Positions 11,323 to 22,714 of a stretch of 64,000 nucleotides of DNA are shown here, piece after piece (position 1 is the first letter of the stretch; each line of letters begins with the position of its first letter). Location of the stretch: the NCBI RefSeq assembly GCF_000142905.1, contig NW_013657674.1, positions 218,709-282,708 on the forward strand, written 5' to 3'. The notes beneath the pieces were generated by a model. The model made no database searches. It worked only from the letters and a program-made list of their open reading frames with translations, and had not been told where the DNA came from. Origin of the DNA: Thecamonas trahens ATCC 50062. Lineage: Eukaryota > Protista > Apusomonadida. The position numbers and the translations under genes are program-made.

Positions 11323-12160
11323 GTTTGAGGTATGTCTGCCACTAGACGGGTGAGGGACTGACTCTGTCTCTGTCTCTGACCGATTGTTTCTTGGTGTCGC
11401 GTCGCCCCTCTGCCCGGCAAGCCCCACGTCGGCCAGCCATCCCCACGATTCAAGCACGTCTCTCCATGCTCGTCATGCTTGCCTCTGCCTTTGAGTGCTG
11501 CGTTTTAACAGGCGGACGACTGGGCGGTCTCGGGTAGCCGATCTGAGCAGGGTGCGATGGCGATGGAACCAGGTTAGTCGGTGGCGGGCGATGGGGCCAG
11601 TTCAGTCCGTGATGGGCGAAGACAGATGCTGGCATAGCGTGGCTTGGCAGCAGCGACTACTCGGCGGTGGCAGCGAGCCGAGCTGCGATGCAGTAGAGAT
11701 CGTACTTGCCGGTGGCATCTGTGCCGTAGACAGCGAGGCAGGGCGAGCCGGCCTGCGCCACAAACACATCGGCGGTCGAGTCTTCGGCATGCTTGGCCTC
11801 CAACGTCTCGCCTGCCTCGAGCTGGGCGACGGCGAAGTCGGTGGGTGCCTTGCGGTGGAAGCACGCGTTGCAGGTGTCGGTCACTTTCGGCAGGCGCGCA
11901 GGGACGGGATGGGGACGGGGACGGGGACAGGATAGGATGAGTGGTACATGTGGTGTGAGAAGAGGAGGGGAGGAAGAGATGGGCGCAATTGTACGTACTT
12001 TGTGTAAAGTAAAGTGCTGCATATGGTGTCCGCTGTTCACGTGCGGGTGTGTTCGGCATCCATGTGGTGGCGACCCAAGGCAATGACGCCGACTCGCCGC
12101 ACATGTCGTCATCCGATTGGGTGACGTAAGAGGGACACCTTCATTGGGCGATTACGGCAC

Positions 12161-14027
12161 TCATCCTGCAACCCGCATGAGTCCTGAGGCGAGGTTGGCA
12201 CGGTTGCGCAGCTTGATCGACCGCTGCTTGAACTCGTGGGCCTCGAGGTATTCCTCGCGCTCGGCGGCCGAGTACTTTGCGCTCTCCTCGACCATAACCT
12301 TGGCCAGGAGATCGTCGTAGAAAGCCTTGACCTTGGCGAGGCGCGGGTTAGCCGCAGCGTATGCGTGGAGTCTCTTGAGTTGCTCCACAGAGATGACATT
12401 GTTTTCGGCCTCACAGTCCATGAGCTGGTCAGTTGCCAGCATCATGGGCGACTTGGCCGCGTCTTCTGGCGACTCGACAAACGGCTCGGGCTCGGCCGGC
12501 TTGGCCGGCTCGGCTGGCTCAGCCGGCTCGCTGGACGGCAAAGGAACTCCTGGGGCGGATGCAGGTTTGGTGGATGCAGGCTTGGCGGGTGCAGGCTTAG
12601 CCGACGCAGGCTTGGCCGGCGCGGGCTTGGCCGGCGCAGGCTTGGGCGACTTGGCGGGTGCAGGCTTGGCCGGCGCAGGCTTGGCCGACGCAGGCTTGGC
12701 GGGTGCAGGCTTGGCCGGCGCAGGCTTGGGCGACTTGGCGGGTGCAGGCTTGGCTGGCGCAGGCTTGGGCGACTTGGCGGGCGCGGGCGGGAGCGGATCG
12801 TCCGGCTTGGCCTCTGCCTCTGCCTCTGCCTCTGCCTCTGCCTCAGCCGCAGCCTCTGCCTCAGCCGCAGCCGCAGCCTCAGCTTCCGCCTCAGCCTCAG
12901 CCTTGGCCTCGGCCTCAGCCTTGGCCTCAGCCTTGGCCTTGGCCTCGGCCTTGGCCTCGGCCTCAGCCTTGGCCTTGGCCTCGGCCTCAGCCTTGGCCTT
13001 GGCCTCGGCCTCAGCCTTGGCCTTGGCCTCGGCCTCTTCGGCAGCGCGGATGACTTCGAGTGCGGCCGGGTTGGCCTTACGCTCGCGTCGCGACGGACGG
13101 CGCCGACCCTTGCGCGAGGCGGCCGCTGACGTCTTTTCCTTCGAGGCCGAGAGATCCAGGTCGCGCGGCTGGGCAGACTTGTTGGCCAACGACGGCGGCG
13201 GACTACCCATCATGCCGGGAATGCCCATGGGCGGGCCACCACCCATCGGCCCGCCCATCGGAATGTTGAGGCCGGCAACCCGGTCGGCGACAGACTTGCG
13301 GCGGCCGGCGCGTGCGTGTCCACCGGGGACTCCGAGGCCGCCAGCCGGCGGCGAGCTGCCAGGCGGGCCCATCATCGGCAGGTTGAGGCCAGCAACCCGG
13401 TCAAGGACCGAGCCGCGGCGACCCTTGCGCGGACCCGGCTTGGGCGAGCTATCCTCGGCCGACGCAGCCGCAGCAGGCTCGGGCGTCGCCTCGCGCGATG
13501 GCGTCGGGCTCTTCCGCCGCGGTGGCGCGCCACCCGGTACCATCATCGGAATGCCACCCGGCGGCACACGCGACGAGATATCCTGCGAGCTCGGCCGCGA
13601 GCCAGGCTTGCCCGGCTTGGCCGGCTTGGGTCCACCTGGCGACGGCTTGGCCGGCTTGGCCCCGGTTGGCGGCGGCTTGGCCCCGGCCGGCGGCGGCTTG
13701 GCTGGCTTTGGCCCGGCCGGCGACGGCTTCCCGGTCTTGGTCGGCTTGGTGGGCTTGGCCCCAGCCGGAGGCGGCTTGGCCGGCTTGGCCCCGGGCTTTC
13801 CGGGCTTCGGCGGAGGCGACCCTACCGCAGCCACGCAGGGCCAGACAAACGCCACACTCGGGTGAGTCGCACAACGCACCCAGGAGCACACATTGGTCAA
13901 GGAAGGCATGCTTGCGAGTCTTGACAGCATGTGCACGGCCTTGGCAGCGAGCCAGGGGCGGTGCGGACCAAGGCCAAAAAATGGCCCAACAGCCAGCGCA
14001 CGCACAGGGAACAGGCGACATGGGCAT
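12161..14027 (-). CDS. Low-complexity Pro/Lys/Ala-rich protein (PAKPA and AEAKAK repeats); exons 14027-14006 and 13821-12161, possibly a further exon at ~11884-11657
   Basis: Phase-1 splice T|GTGCGT..GGTAG|GG gives MPMSPVPWSPPP; long ORF with coding-like codon bias; duplicated 'RRxSVxDRVAGLNxPM' motif. Confidence 0.7.
12580..13035 (-). repeat. Coding tandem repeats: ~15-bp PAKPA units and 12-24-bp AEAKAK units
   Basis: Repeated gcaggcttggccggc and ccttggcctcggcctcag units. Confidence 0.85.
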
Positions 14028-14496
14028 GGTCTGGCGGGAGGACGAGGATGACTCTCAGCCAGAATTACGGACGGAAAAAGGGGGGGAAGGGGGTCACTGA
14101 GGGACCATCACAAGTGCAGACCAGGAACAGACAACATCACCAACCACCTCATCTCTGCCTAACCTACCCGACATGTGAAGGAGAGGACTGCCACCCGCTC
14201 GCCCTGGCAAGCCCAAACAGCGTGCCCGTCGTCAGTTCCTGCCGTTCTTCGAGCGAATTGAGCGAATTGGAATGGCCCAATAATGGGGTTCCCCCCCCCC
14301 CCTCCGCCACACAGGTGCCACCCGCCGCCGACCAACCGTCACCCGCCGACCGCCCCCCCCCCCCCCTCCTTTCCCCAAACTCTCTAATCATCTCCACATC
14401 ACCTTCACCTCCCCCCCCTCCCCCCTCCCTCTCCCCCTCCCTTCAGTTGCCACCGACACCCTCACCTAGCCACACCCGACTTGAAGGACCACCACC

Positions 14497-16589
14497 ATGG
14501 CACCCAAGCTCCGTAACAAGAAGGTACGCTCTAGCCTTGCCCTCCACTCCCTCCCCTCTCAGATGGCACCCTTTCCAGCTGCCAACTAGCCTTCACCCTT
14601 GGGTTGCCGGCGGAGGATGGAGCCATCCTGGGCCATCCACCGAGGCGGCGAGCAAAGTGGAGCGGGAGAGACGGGATACTCACAGGCGGAGGGCAAACTG
14701 GGACGGAGGGATAGGGCGACACGTTCGCTCGCAAGTACTTTACGCGGACCAAGGCGATGCGCAAGCTCGGGCTGTCTGTGGGCAACTTCCGGCGGCTCTG
14801 CATCCTCAAGGGCGTCTTTCCGCGGGCGCCCAAGGGCTCGGGCTCGTCGAGCCAGGTCTACTACCTGGCCAAGGACATCAAGTTCCTGGCCCACGATCCC
14901 CTGCTGCAGTCATTCCAGAAGGAGCACCGGCATTTCAAGCAGATGAAGTCTGCGCTCGGAGTGCGCGACTTTAAGAAGCTCAACGAGCTCGTGGCACGGC
15001 GGCCGTCGATCTCGGTCTCGCACATCATCCGCGAGCGGTACCCGACGTTTGTGGACGCCATCCGCGACCTGGACGACGCGCTCTCGCTCATGTTCCTCTT
15101 TGCCTCGGTCGAGCGGCTGCACTACCGCTACCAGCCTGCGCTCCTCTCGTCGATCGAGTTCAGCACCCTGCACTTTCTCAACTACGTCGTCAAGACCTCG
15201 TCACTGAAGAAGGTCTTCATCTCCATCAAGGGCATCTACTACCAGGCCGCCATCATGGGCCAGAACGTGACGTGGATTGTGCCGCACCGCGCCAAGGTCG
15301 ACACCGAGCTCATTGTCAACCACACCATTCTGCACTCGTTTGTTCAGTTCTACGACACCCTGCTCAAGTTTGTCAACTTTAAGCTCTACGCCACGAAGGA
15401 AATGCCGTACCCGCCCGAGGTCTCCGAGACGCTCCGCGCCGGCGATGCTATGCTTGACATCTTCAACGTCGAGGCGGCAGCAGCCGACGATGGTGGCATG
15501 TCTCCGGCTGAGAACGCTGTGTCCGAGGAGGCAGCGGCGTCCGAGGCCCCGATCACCGACGACGACATGCGGTCGCGCATCGACTCGCTCCGCGCCACCA
15601 TCGAGTCGCGTGCCGAGGAGGAGAGCGCGCTGGTGGCGGCAACCGGCGGCAAGGACGACGAGAACGAGCTCGACGAGTTTGAGGAGGACGATGAGGACGA
15701 GGAGGCGCGCGTGAAGCGGCTCGCCGCCCGCCAGGCCAAGAAGGCGCGCCAGCGCAAGAAGTGCCTCTTTGCCGGCCTCAACATCTGGCTCAACCGCGAG
15801 ACGCCCGTCGACTCGCTCCAGTTTGTGGTCAAGGCGCTCAAGGGCGAGGTGGCGTGGGAGACGCACCCCGCGCCGGCCTTTGCCCTCGACTCGCCGCGCA
15901 TCACCCACCACATCATCGACCGTCCGATGGCGGGCAAGACCATCGCCGGTCGCGTTTACGTCCAGCCGCAGTGGGTCTACGACTCGGTCAACGCCGGCTT
16001 CCTCCTCCCCACCGAGTGGTACGCGCCCGGTGCCGCCCTTCCGCCGCATCTCTCGCCGTTTGAGGAGTACGCCGAGGGCGACCACGTGCCCGACCAGTAC
16101 AAGGTCATCACCGACCTCAAGAACGAGCTCTTTGCCTCGGAGGAGGTCAAGGCCAAGCTGGCCGCCAAGGCCAAGGCCAAGGCCCTCGAGGAGGCCCGCG
16201 CCACCGGCATTCTCTCGCTCGATGATGCCCAGCGCGAGCAGGTCTATTCGGAAGAGCTCCTTGCCGAGCAGCTCGGCATCCCCTATACCCGCTGGGCCAA
16301 GATGTCCGAGGAGGAGCGCGAGGCCGTCGTCAAGAACGCGGCCGAGCCCATCGGCCCGAGTCACTCGGACGATGACGCTGCGCCCGCCGGCGACAAGACC
16401 AAGGCCAAGCGCAAGCGCGTGTCCAAGCAGCAGACCCGCTCCGTCGATGACAACCTCGACACCATCATGCTCTCCAAGAATAAGCGCCGCAAGTACAACT
16501 CAGTCATCAACAAGCGTGAGTCGCGGAAGCGCAAGGCCGACATGCTCGCCTCCCGCAAGGCTGCGCTGGAGGCCAAGGCCAACAAGTAA
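14497..16589 (+). CDS. PES1: Pescadillo homolog (60S biogenesis, BRCT domain); exons 14497-14523 and 14715-16589
   Basis: 'FRRLCILKGVFP', 'HIIRERYPTFVDAIRDLDD', BRCT 'ITHHIIDRP...YVQPQWVYDSVN', 'LPPHLSPF'. Phase-0 intron GTACGC..GATAG gives MAPKLRNKKGDTFARKYFTRTKA. Confidence 0.95.
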
Positions 16590-16633
16590 AACAAGCTCCT
16601 GAAATCCGTTCTCATCACCCGCCTCTCACTTTA

Positions 16634-18319
16634 CTACAACGGTGGAGCGGCCTCGATCTCGTTGCGAACAGGGTCGAAGAACGGCGAGGCCAGCGCCTGG
16701 GTCGCCGTCCACCGCGACTCGTGGTCGCAGGTGAGGAGGCCGGCGACAAGCTCAAAGCCGGCTGGGTCCGCCATGTGTGCGTTCTTGGGCGTGACGCGGT
16801 CCTCCCACGCCACCGCAGGGTGCCCACGGAGGAGCTCGAGCTCTTCCTCAAGCAGGTGCACGCCCATGCGGTACTTGTCGAGGTAGGCAAACATGACGTC
16901 CGACGACACAACTTCGGTGATGGCCACCAACTGGTTGAGCCACGAGCCGCGCGCCCGGATGAACGGGTTCCGCCCGTCCGACGGGAGGAAGAGCATGGCG
17001 GCGAGCGTGCACCCGATGGCCCAGATGTCGACCGGCGGGCCGTAGAGGTCGTACCGAAGACAGAGCTCCGGTGCCTTGTAGCAACGCGTGCCGAGCGGAC
17101 CATAGTTGGGCACGCCCGGCTGCCACCGCGCGGCAAGACCCCAGTCGGCGAGCCGAAACTGCGTAGTCTGCGGGTTGTACAGGACGTTCGACGGCTTAAT
17201 GTCGAGGTGGAGGATGTTGAGCGAGTGCGTGTACTCGACAGCCTTGAGCAGCTTGTACATGTAGACGCGCGCCGTACGCAAGTCGATCTGCGCAAACAGA
17301 TCGCGGTGCGAAATCGACGACACAAACTCAAACACCATGGCGTCGTCGCGGTACTCCTCGTCCTCGATCACCGCCGTGCAGAGCAGCCGCACAATGTTCG
17401 GCCCCGACCGGACCGCCATCAGCATCTCCACCTCGCGCGCAATCTTGCGCTCCAAATCGCGCGTCTTCTTGAGCATCTTGAGAACAACCTCGGACGAGTC
17501 ACGGGTGTCGACCGCCTTGAACACTGCCCCAAACTTGCCCTCGCCCACCTTGTCGCCACACACGTAGTGGTCACCGTTCTCCCACACGAGCTCAAATGGC
17601 TCTGGTGGGTCAAGCTTGCCGGCAAGCAGCAGGCCGACTCCATCCTTGACCCGCACAAGCGTCCGCACCTCGAACATGGCCAGCTCGTGCGGCTCAAACT
17701 CGGTGGCAATAAAGTTGTCCCACGAGCTCGTCGGCCCGGCCTTGTGGATGCCGTTGATGCCGATGCCGAACCGCGGAAACTCGGTCGACTCCAGGCACCG
17801 GTAAAGGTCCGGCAGGCCTGGGTGCGACGCCGTCCCCGACTGGTACGACCGGTACTTGCCGATCGTGACGCGCAAGTCAGGGTACAGCACCAGCAGCTCG
17901 CCGGGCGATGAGGCCGTGAGCTCAAGCACAGTCTTGAGCACGTGACCCGACGAGACCAGGTACGCCGTCGGCGACACAAGCACAATCTCGGCCTTGACAG
18001 ACACCGTCTCGCCGGCCTTGCCCGCCGGCGACGAGAACTTGAGCTTTTTGCGGCCCACCCGCGCGAGCACCCCAGTCTTGCAGCCTCCGGCCCTCTGGCT
18101 TCCCTTCCTCTTCCGCTTGCCGCTGCCCTCCCCATTGTCGCATTCCTCATCGCACGCCTTGGGCGTTGCGCTCATCCGCATCTCTGCCGTCCCAGCTGCC
18201 TTGGCGTCAAAAGCCGCCGCCAGTGCCTTGGCCTTTGGCGTGGCAAACGTCTCCGCCGCCCAACCGAGACCGGCCTCGGTTGCCAGGTCGTGCAGCTCAA
18301 TGTTCCACGCAGACGCCAT
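16634..18319 (-). CDS. Casein kinase 2 alpha-like Ser/Thr kinase with long N-terminal extension
   Basis: 'GEGKFGAVF', 'KIAREVEML', 'GPNIVRL', 'HLDIKPSN', the CK2-specific 'DWGLA', 'NQLVAITEV', 'HESRWTATQAL'. Confidence 0.82.
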   Translation of the reverse strand: MASAWNIELHDLATEAGLGWAAETFATPKAKALAAAFDAKAAGTAEMRMSATPKACDEECDNGEGSGKRKRKGSQRAGGCKTGVLARVGRKKLKFSSPAGKAGETVSVKAEIVLVSPTAYLVSSGHVLKTVLELTASSPGELLVLYPDLRVTIGKYRSYQSGTASHPGLPDLYRCLESTEFPRFGIGINGIHKAGPTSSWDNFIATEFEPHELAMFEVRTLVRVKDGVGLLLAGKLDPPEPFELVWENGDHYVCGDKVGEGKFGAVFKAVDTRDSSEVVLKMLKKTRDLERKIAREVEMLMAVRSGPNIVRLLCTAVIEDEEYRDDAMVFEFVSSISHRDLFAQIDLRTARVYMYKLLKAVEYTHSLNILHLDIKPSNVLYNPQTTQFRLADWGLAARWQPGVPNYGPLGTRCYKAPELCLRYDLYGPPVDIWAIGCTLAAMLFLPSDGRNPFIRARGSWLNQLVAITEVVSSDVMFAYLDKYRMGVHLLEEELELLRGHPAVAWEDRVTPKNAHMADPAGFELVAGLLTCDHESRWTATQALASPFFDPVRNEIEAAPPL

Positions 18320-18865
18320 GTACTCCAAACATGATCTTCCCACATTGCGCCGGTCGCCCAGTGTGCCTCGTGGGTCGCCCAGTCCCACCACCTGCCCCAG
18401 CCCATGGTTCCTCACCCGTACGTGAGTCGTCGCTGCTGTCCCTCTCCGCCCTGCCGACTTGGCCACTCTCTCCCCCCCCCCCCCACGGCCCCTCCCGCCC
18501 CCTCCCCCTTCCCCTCCCCTCCCCACCCCTTCCTTCCCCCCCTCTCCACCTACCAGCAGTCTGCGGGTCTTGCGCGTCCCCGACGACATCCTTGTTCCCC
18601 TTCCACGAGCGGTGTACTTGTCCGTCTCCCCTTCCACCGCGCGCCTTGTTTGCTAAGCCGTCGTGGCGGTGACGACCACCGGCCAAATGACAACCAATAG
18701 CAATCGATGGCAATGCCGTGACTGTTGCAACGTCCCAACCAAATCGCCTTTCACCCAGCCACGCAGCAGTCACCCGCTGGCCAGCTGGTCTCCACCAACG
18801 CCACCGGGAGGAGGACGGTCCCTGAACGAGACGAGACGGACAGACACTCAACTGTTTGTCACATC

Positions 18866-19589
18866 ATGGACTCGTTCAAGTCGTTTGTGGAGGGCCTTGT
18901 GTCCAAGCCGAACATGGTTCCTGCTCGCCAGGCTGCTATCCAGGTACGTGCCCTGCATTGGCTGTGCCACCCCCCTCCCGAGATGGCCGCCTCTCACCAC
19001 CGCCGCGCCGTCCCTTCCAATGGCCAAAAATATTGTCCCGCCCCTCCCCCTCCCCGCCTGCCCTTCTCCAGTCCGTCCTGCCTGCAGGCTCGCCCTCTGC
19101 ACCTTGACCTGCAGAGGAGTTCTTCTTCTGTTTATCCTGCAGTACTTTCCCGCTTCTCCTTTCATCCCCTCCCCCTCCCTCCCCCCATCCTTGCGTCCGC
19201 GACTGCCGCGCTGATCACGATCGCTCGCGCGACCAGCCGAAGGCCAGCCAGCTGGCCAAAGTCAACCGGCCCCGACTCTGCCCGTCTCCGCCTGACTTTG
19301 TCCTGCCCCTACCCTTGGCTGGACTGCCTTGGCCGCCCGCCCGTCCTACCCTCTTTGCTCCTCTTGCCACCTTCCCCCCCCCCCCCCCCACACACTCCGC
19401 CCTTGCGTACTCAACTCACCCACCCCCCCTCCCCCCTTCCCCACCCCACAGGCCGCTCATGTCCCGACGTACATGAAGGGCTCGGGTGCGCGCGTCATCT
19501 CGACCTCGATGGGCCTCGCTGCCCTCGGCGGCATCGTCGTCTCGGTCGGCATGCTCAACCTCGCGTTCGGCAAGGGCAAGAAGGAGTAA
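18866..19589 (+). CDS. COX7A: Cytochrome c oxidase subunit VIIa-like small membrane protein (71 aa); exons 18866-18943 and 19452-19589
   Basis: Phase-0 intron GTACGT..CCACAG joins 'NMVPARQAAIQ' to 'AAHVPTYMKG' plus one TM helix, matching the COX7a N-x-V-x-x-x-Q...P-x-Y-L-K-G pattern. Confidence 0.72.
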
Positions 19590-19695
19590 GAAGCCTGCAG
19601 ACGGATAAACGCTGTTCCACCCCCCCCCCCACCCCACCACCCCCCCCAACCACACACACACACACACATCCTTGGTGCGACGTTTCATCCTCCTG

Positions 19696-20724
19696 CTACT
19701 CATCGCTGTCGCTGCCATCCATATCGCCGTCGCGGCTGGTGTCGATAACCGAGAGCGCGGCGTGGATCGAGTCCTCGTCGGCGGCGGCGGCGGTGAGGAA
19801 CGGCTCCATCGACAGACCCGAGGCCTCGAGTGCCGCCTGGGTCTCGGCAAGCCGCTGGTTGAGAGCCTCGTCAAAGTCCTTGTCGCGGACGTTGAGCGCC
19901 GACGCGATGGTGCGGGCGCGGAGCAAATGCTCGGCGGCCGAGTCCCACTGGTCGGTAGACATCTCGCAGATGGCGGCAAGGAACCAGGCCTCGACCGAAG
20001 CCTGGTCGATTTCCAGCGCCGAGGCCAGAACCTGCAGTGCCTTGTCGTACGATTTGAGCTCCATGTACAGCTGTGCGGCAGCGATCTGCAGCTCGGACGA
20101 CGGCTTCTCGTCGATCGGCAGCGCCGACCAGAGGTTGGCCGAGGCATCGAGCGCGGCCTCGGCATCGTCGTTGCGGCACTGCGAAATGCGCATCGACGCT
20201 ACCGACTGCAGCGCCTCGTAGTTGGTCTCGTCGGTCTCGACTGCAAGCTGCAGCAGGCGCTCGCACTCGGACTCGGCGTTGTCCTCCTCGCACGCATCGG
20301 TGAGGTAAATGTCAGCCATCGAGACAAAGGCGTTGGAGATCTGTCGCCGAAGCTCGCCAGCCTCGACCTCGTTGCCGGCAGCCTCGACCGCCGCAAGCTC
20401 CTGCTGCATGATGGCCACCCCGCGCGAGTAGTAGCTCACAGCATCGGAGCCTGCCGAAAGCTGACCCATGTACATGAACCGCGCCGGCGAGCCGCCTTCG
20501 GGCGCCACCTCGATCGCCCGCTTGAAGGCCTCGATGGCGTTTGTGGCGTCGCCAACCTCGAGCATGACCTCGCCCAGCAGCTCCAAAACGGCCACCGAGT
20601 CGGGCGCCTCGTCACGGGCACGCAGCACAAACTTGAGTGCCGCATCCGGCTTCATTCCAGCCATACATGCCTCTGCATGCCCCAATAGCTTGGCCACATT
20701 GGCACTGACCTCATCTGCGGCCAT
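19696..20724 (-). CDS. ACL4: TPR protein, assembly chaperone of Rpl4
   Basis: TPR repeats plus 'RFMYMGQL', 'SMADIYLTDACEEDNAESECE', 'EALQSVASMRISQ'. Confidence 0.87.
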   Translation of the reverse strand: MAADEVSANVAKLLGHAEACMAGMKPDAALKFVLRARDEAPDSVAVLELLGEVMLEVGDATNAIEAFKRAIEVAPEGGSPARFMYMGQLSAGSDAVSYYSRGVAIMQQELAAVEAAGNEVEAGELRRQISNAFVSMADIYLTDACEEDNAESECERLLQLAVETDETNYEALQSVASMRISQCRNDDAEAALDASANLWSALPIDEKPSSELQIAAAQLYMELKSYDKALQVLASALEIDQASVEAWFLAAICEMSTDQWDSAAEHLLRARTIASALNVRDKDFDEALNQRLAETQAALEASGLSMEPFLTAAAADEDSIHAALSVIDTSRDGDMDGSDSDE

Positions 20725-21314
20725 GGCTGTCGCACAACCAACTCGCGTAGTCCGGAGATGGATGCCAATTGGATCCGTGCCGAGTCTTCCTGGCGCGGAC
20801 AAAGGGGCGGTTGGCCAAGGGGATGGACAACAGGTGGCTCACGTGTAGTAAGCACAAACAAGAGAGTGAAGAGAGAGAGCAGCCGGTGGTTGTGGTGCTT
20901 CCTTCCCTGCCTTTGGATGCGGCGGATGTAGTTGAGTGGTACCCGCCCCCTCCTTCTCCCCCTCCCCCCCCCCCCCCCTTCCCCCACACGCCTAGTCCTG
21001 CTGATGACTGACCTCCATGTTAGCTACAACACCAGCTACCACGTTCGATATGCTGCGACTTTGGACAGTATCTTCTTCTTCTGCTGCTGCTGCTACTTCT
21101 GCTGCTAATGTCATCCCATCGTGTTCACATCATCCAGCCCTGGTAATCGAGCATCAGCTCATGCTGTGGCTCTTGCCTGACCACCTCTGGCTCGACTGGC
21201 TCAGCCTCACCTCATCTCACCTCACCTCACACTGACAAACACACTCTCACACACTCACACTCACACACACCGCACTGTGTATACTCTCTCTTCACCACCT
21301 CCGACACACTACAC

Positions 21315-22583
21315 ATGGCTGCACCGTCAGCCGTGGCGGCGGCACAGGCAGCGCTGGACTCGCTCGGCAGCACAGCGACGACCACGCTGGTGGTGGACAA
21401 TGGCGGTGGGAGCATCAAGGCAGGACTGGTTGGAGCGGATGGCACGCCGGTGATGGTGCCCAACGTGGCGGCCAAGCCGCATGCTGTCCGCAGGTCATAC
21501 GTCGGCGCTGAGGTTGCCGAGGCCACCAATCGCAATCGCCTCTACCTCCGCCGCCCCGTCGATCGCGGCTACGTGACCAACTGGAACTTGGAGACCCGCA
21601 TCTGGTCGCATGTACTCCGCGATACAGGCGCCGATCCGAGCGCGTCGACCTTGCTCATGCTCATGCCCATGTTTGCCCCGCCGTCAATCGCCGTCGATGC
21701 CGTCGAGACGCTGTTCGAGGATCTCGGCTTTGCCGCCCTCGCCCTCTCCACCCCGCCAGCCATGGTGGGCCGCGACTATATGGCCCGGACTGGCGAGCCC
21801 GGATGCCTTGTTCTCGATGCCGGCTTCTCGTTCACCCACGCTCTGCCGTTCTTTGGAGGCACACCGGTCACGTCGGCCGTCCGCCGCCTCGATCTCGGTG
21901 GGAAGGCCCTGTCCAACCATCTTGCGGCGCTGCTGTCGTACCGGACCGTCGACCTCCGCCGCGACCCCATGCTGGTCACCCACATCAAGGAGACTTGCTG
22001 CACCGTTGCCTCTGACTACTTGAGTGTCGTCAAGGGCCTCTCTGGCGACGGGCCGGCCTCACCCGGCGAGCTCCGCAACTCGCTCACCGCCCGCTACCTC
22101 TTGCCCAACTACACGACCGTGAGAGAAGGGCGGATGCTGGCCGACTCTGAAGACGATCCGGAAAACATGCAGGTTCTGCGCTTTGCCCTCGAGCGCCTCT
22201 CGGTCCCCGAGCTGCTCTTCCACCCGTCCGATGCCGGCCTTGACGAGTGCGGCGTCCACGAGCTGATCGCGGACGCCGTCGCCGCTACCCCGCAGCTCAT
22301 GCGTATCCCGCTCTACAACAACATCATCGCCGTCGGCGGCTCGACTCTCTTTCCAGGCTTTCTCCCGCGCCTCGAAGCCGACCTCCGCCCGCTTGTCGAA
22401 GCCTCGTATGACCTTACCCTCCATCGCCCGCCGCCTCAAGAGTCTGCCATCGATCACGCCTGGCACGCCGCCTCACGCTTCGCCGCCTCGCCAGCCTTCA
22501 GCGACCACATCGTCACACAGGCCCAGTTTGCCGAAGAGGGCTTTTCTCGCATCGAGTCGTTCTTCCTCGATCTCGCGCTGTAG
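21315..22583 (+). CDS. ACTR6: Actin-related protein 6 (SWR1/SRCAP)
   Basis: 'LVVDNGGGSIKAG', 'RRPVDRGY', 'LDAGFSFTHALP', 'DLGGKALSNHL', 'ERLSVPELLFHPSD'. Confidence 0.92.
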   Translation: MAAPSAVAAAQAALDSLGSTATTTLVVDNGGGSIKAGLVGADGTPVMVPNVAAKPHAVRRSYVGAEVAEATNRNRLYLRRPVDRGYVTNWNLETRIWSHVLRDTGADPSASTLLMLMPMFAPPSIAVDAVETLFEDLGFAALALSTPPAMVGRDYMARTGEPGCLVLDAGFSFTHALPFFGGTPVTSAVRRLDLGGKALSNHLAALLSYRTVDLRRDPMLVTHIKETCCTVASDYLSVVKGLSGDGPASPGELRNSLTARYLLPNYTTVREGRMLADSEDDPENMQVLRFALERLSVPELLFHPSDAGLDECGVHELIADAVAATPQLMRIPLYNNIIAVGGSTLFPGFLPRLEADLRPLVEASYDLTLHRPPPQESAIDHAWHAASRFAASPAFSDHIVTQAQFAEEGFSRIESFFLDLAL

Positions 22584-22714
22584 CCATCCATCCATTGCAC
22601 CTCCGCGCCCGCACCCGCACTCCAGCCGGCCGCAGCTACTCACACCCGCCCCACTTCATATCACCCAACTACCCCCCTCCCCCACACACACCACACACAC
22701 ATACACACCAGATT

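Noticed and set aside
12158-12166. TGA as selenocysteine
   Set aside because: A TAA follows two codons later, with no redox motif or recognisable SECIS.
12236-13865. Long plus-strand ORFs (297 and 512 aa)
   Set aside because: Antisense shadows of the repetitive minus-strand gene in GC-rich DNA.
18725-20221. 498-aa plus-strand ORF
   Set aside because: Runs through the COX7a intron and antisense to ACL4, with no coherent protein features.
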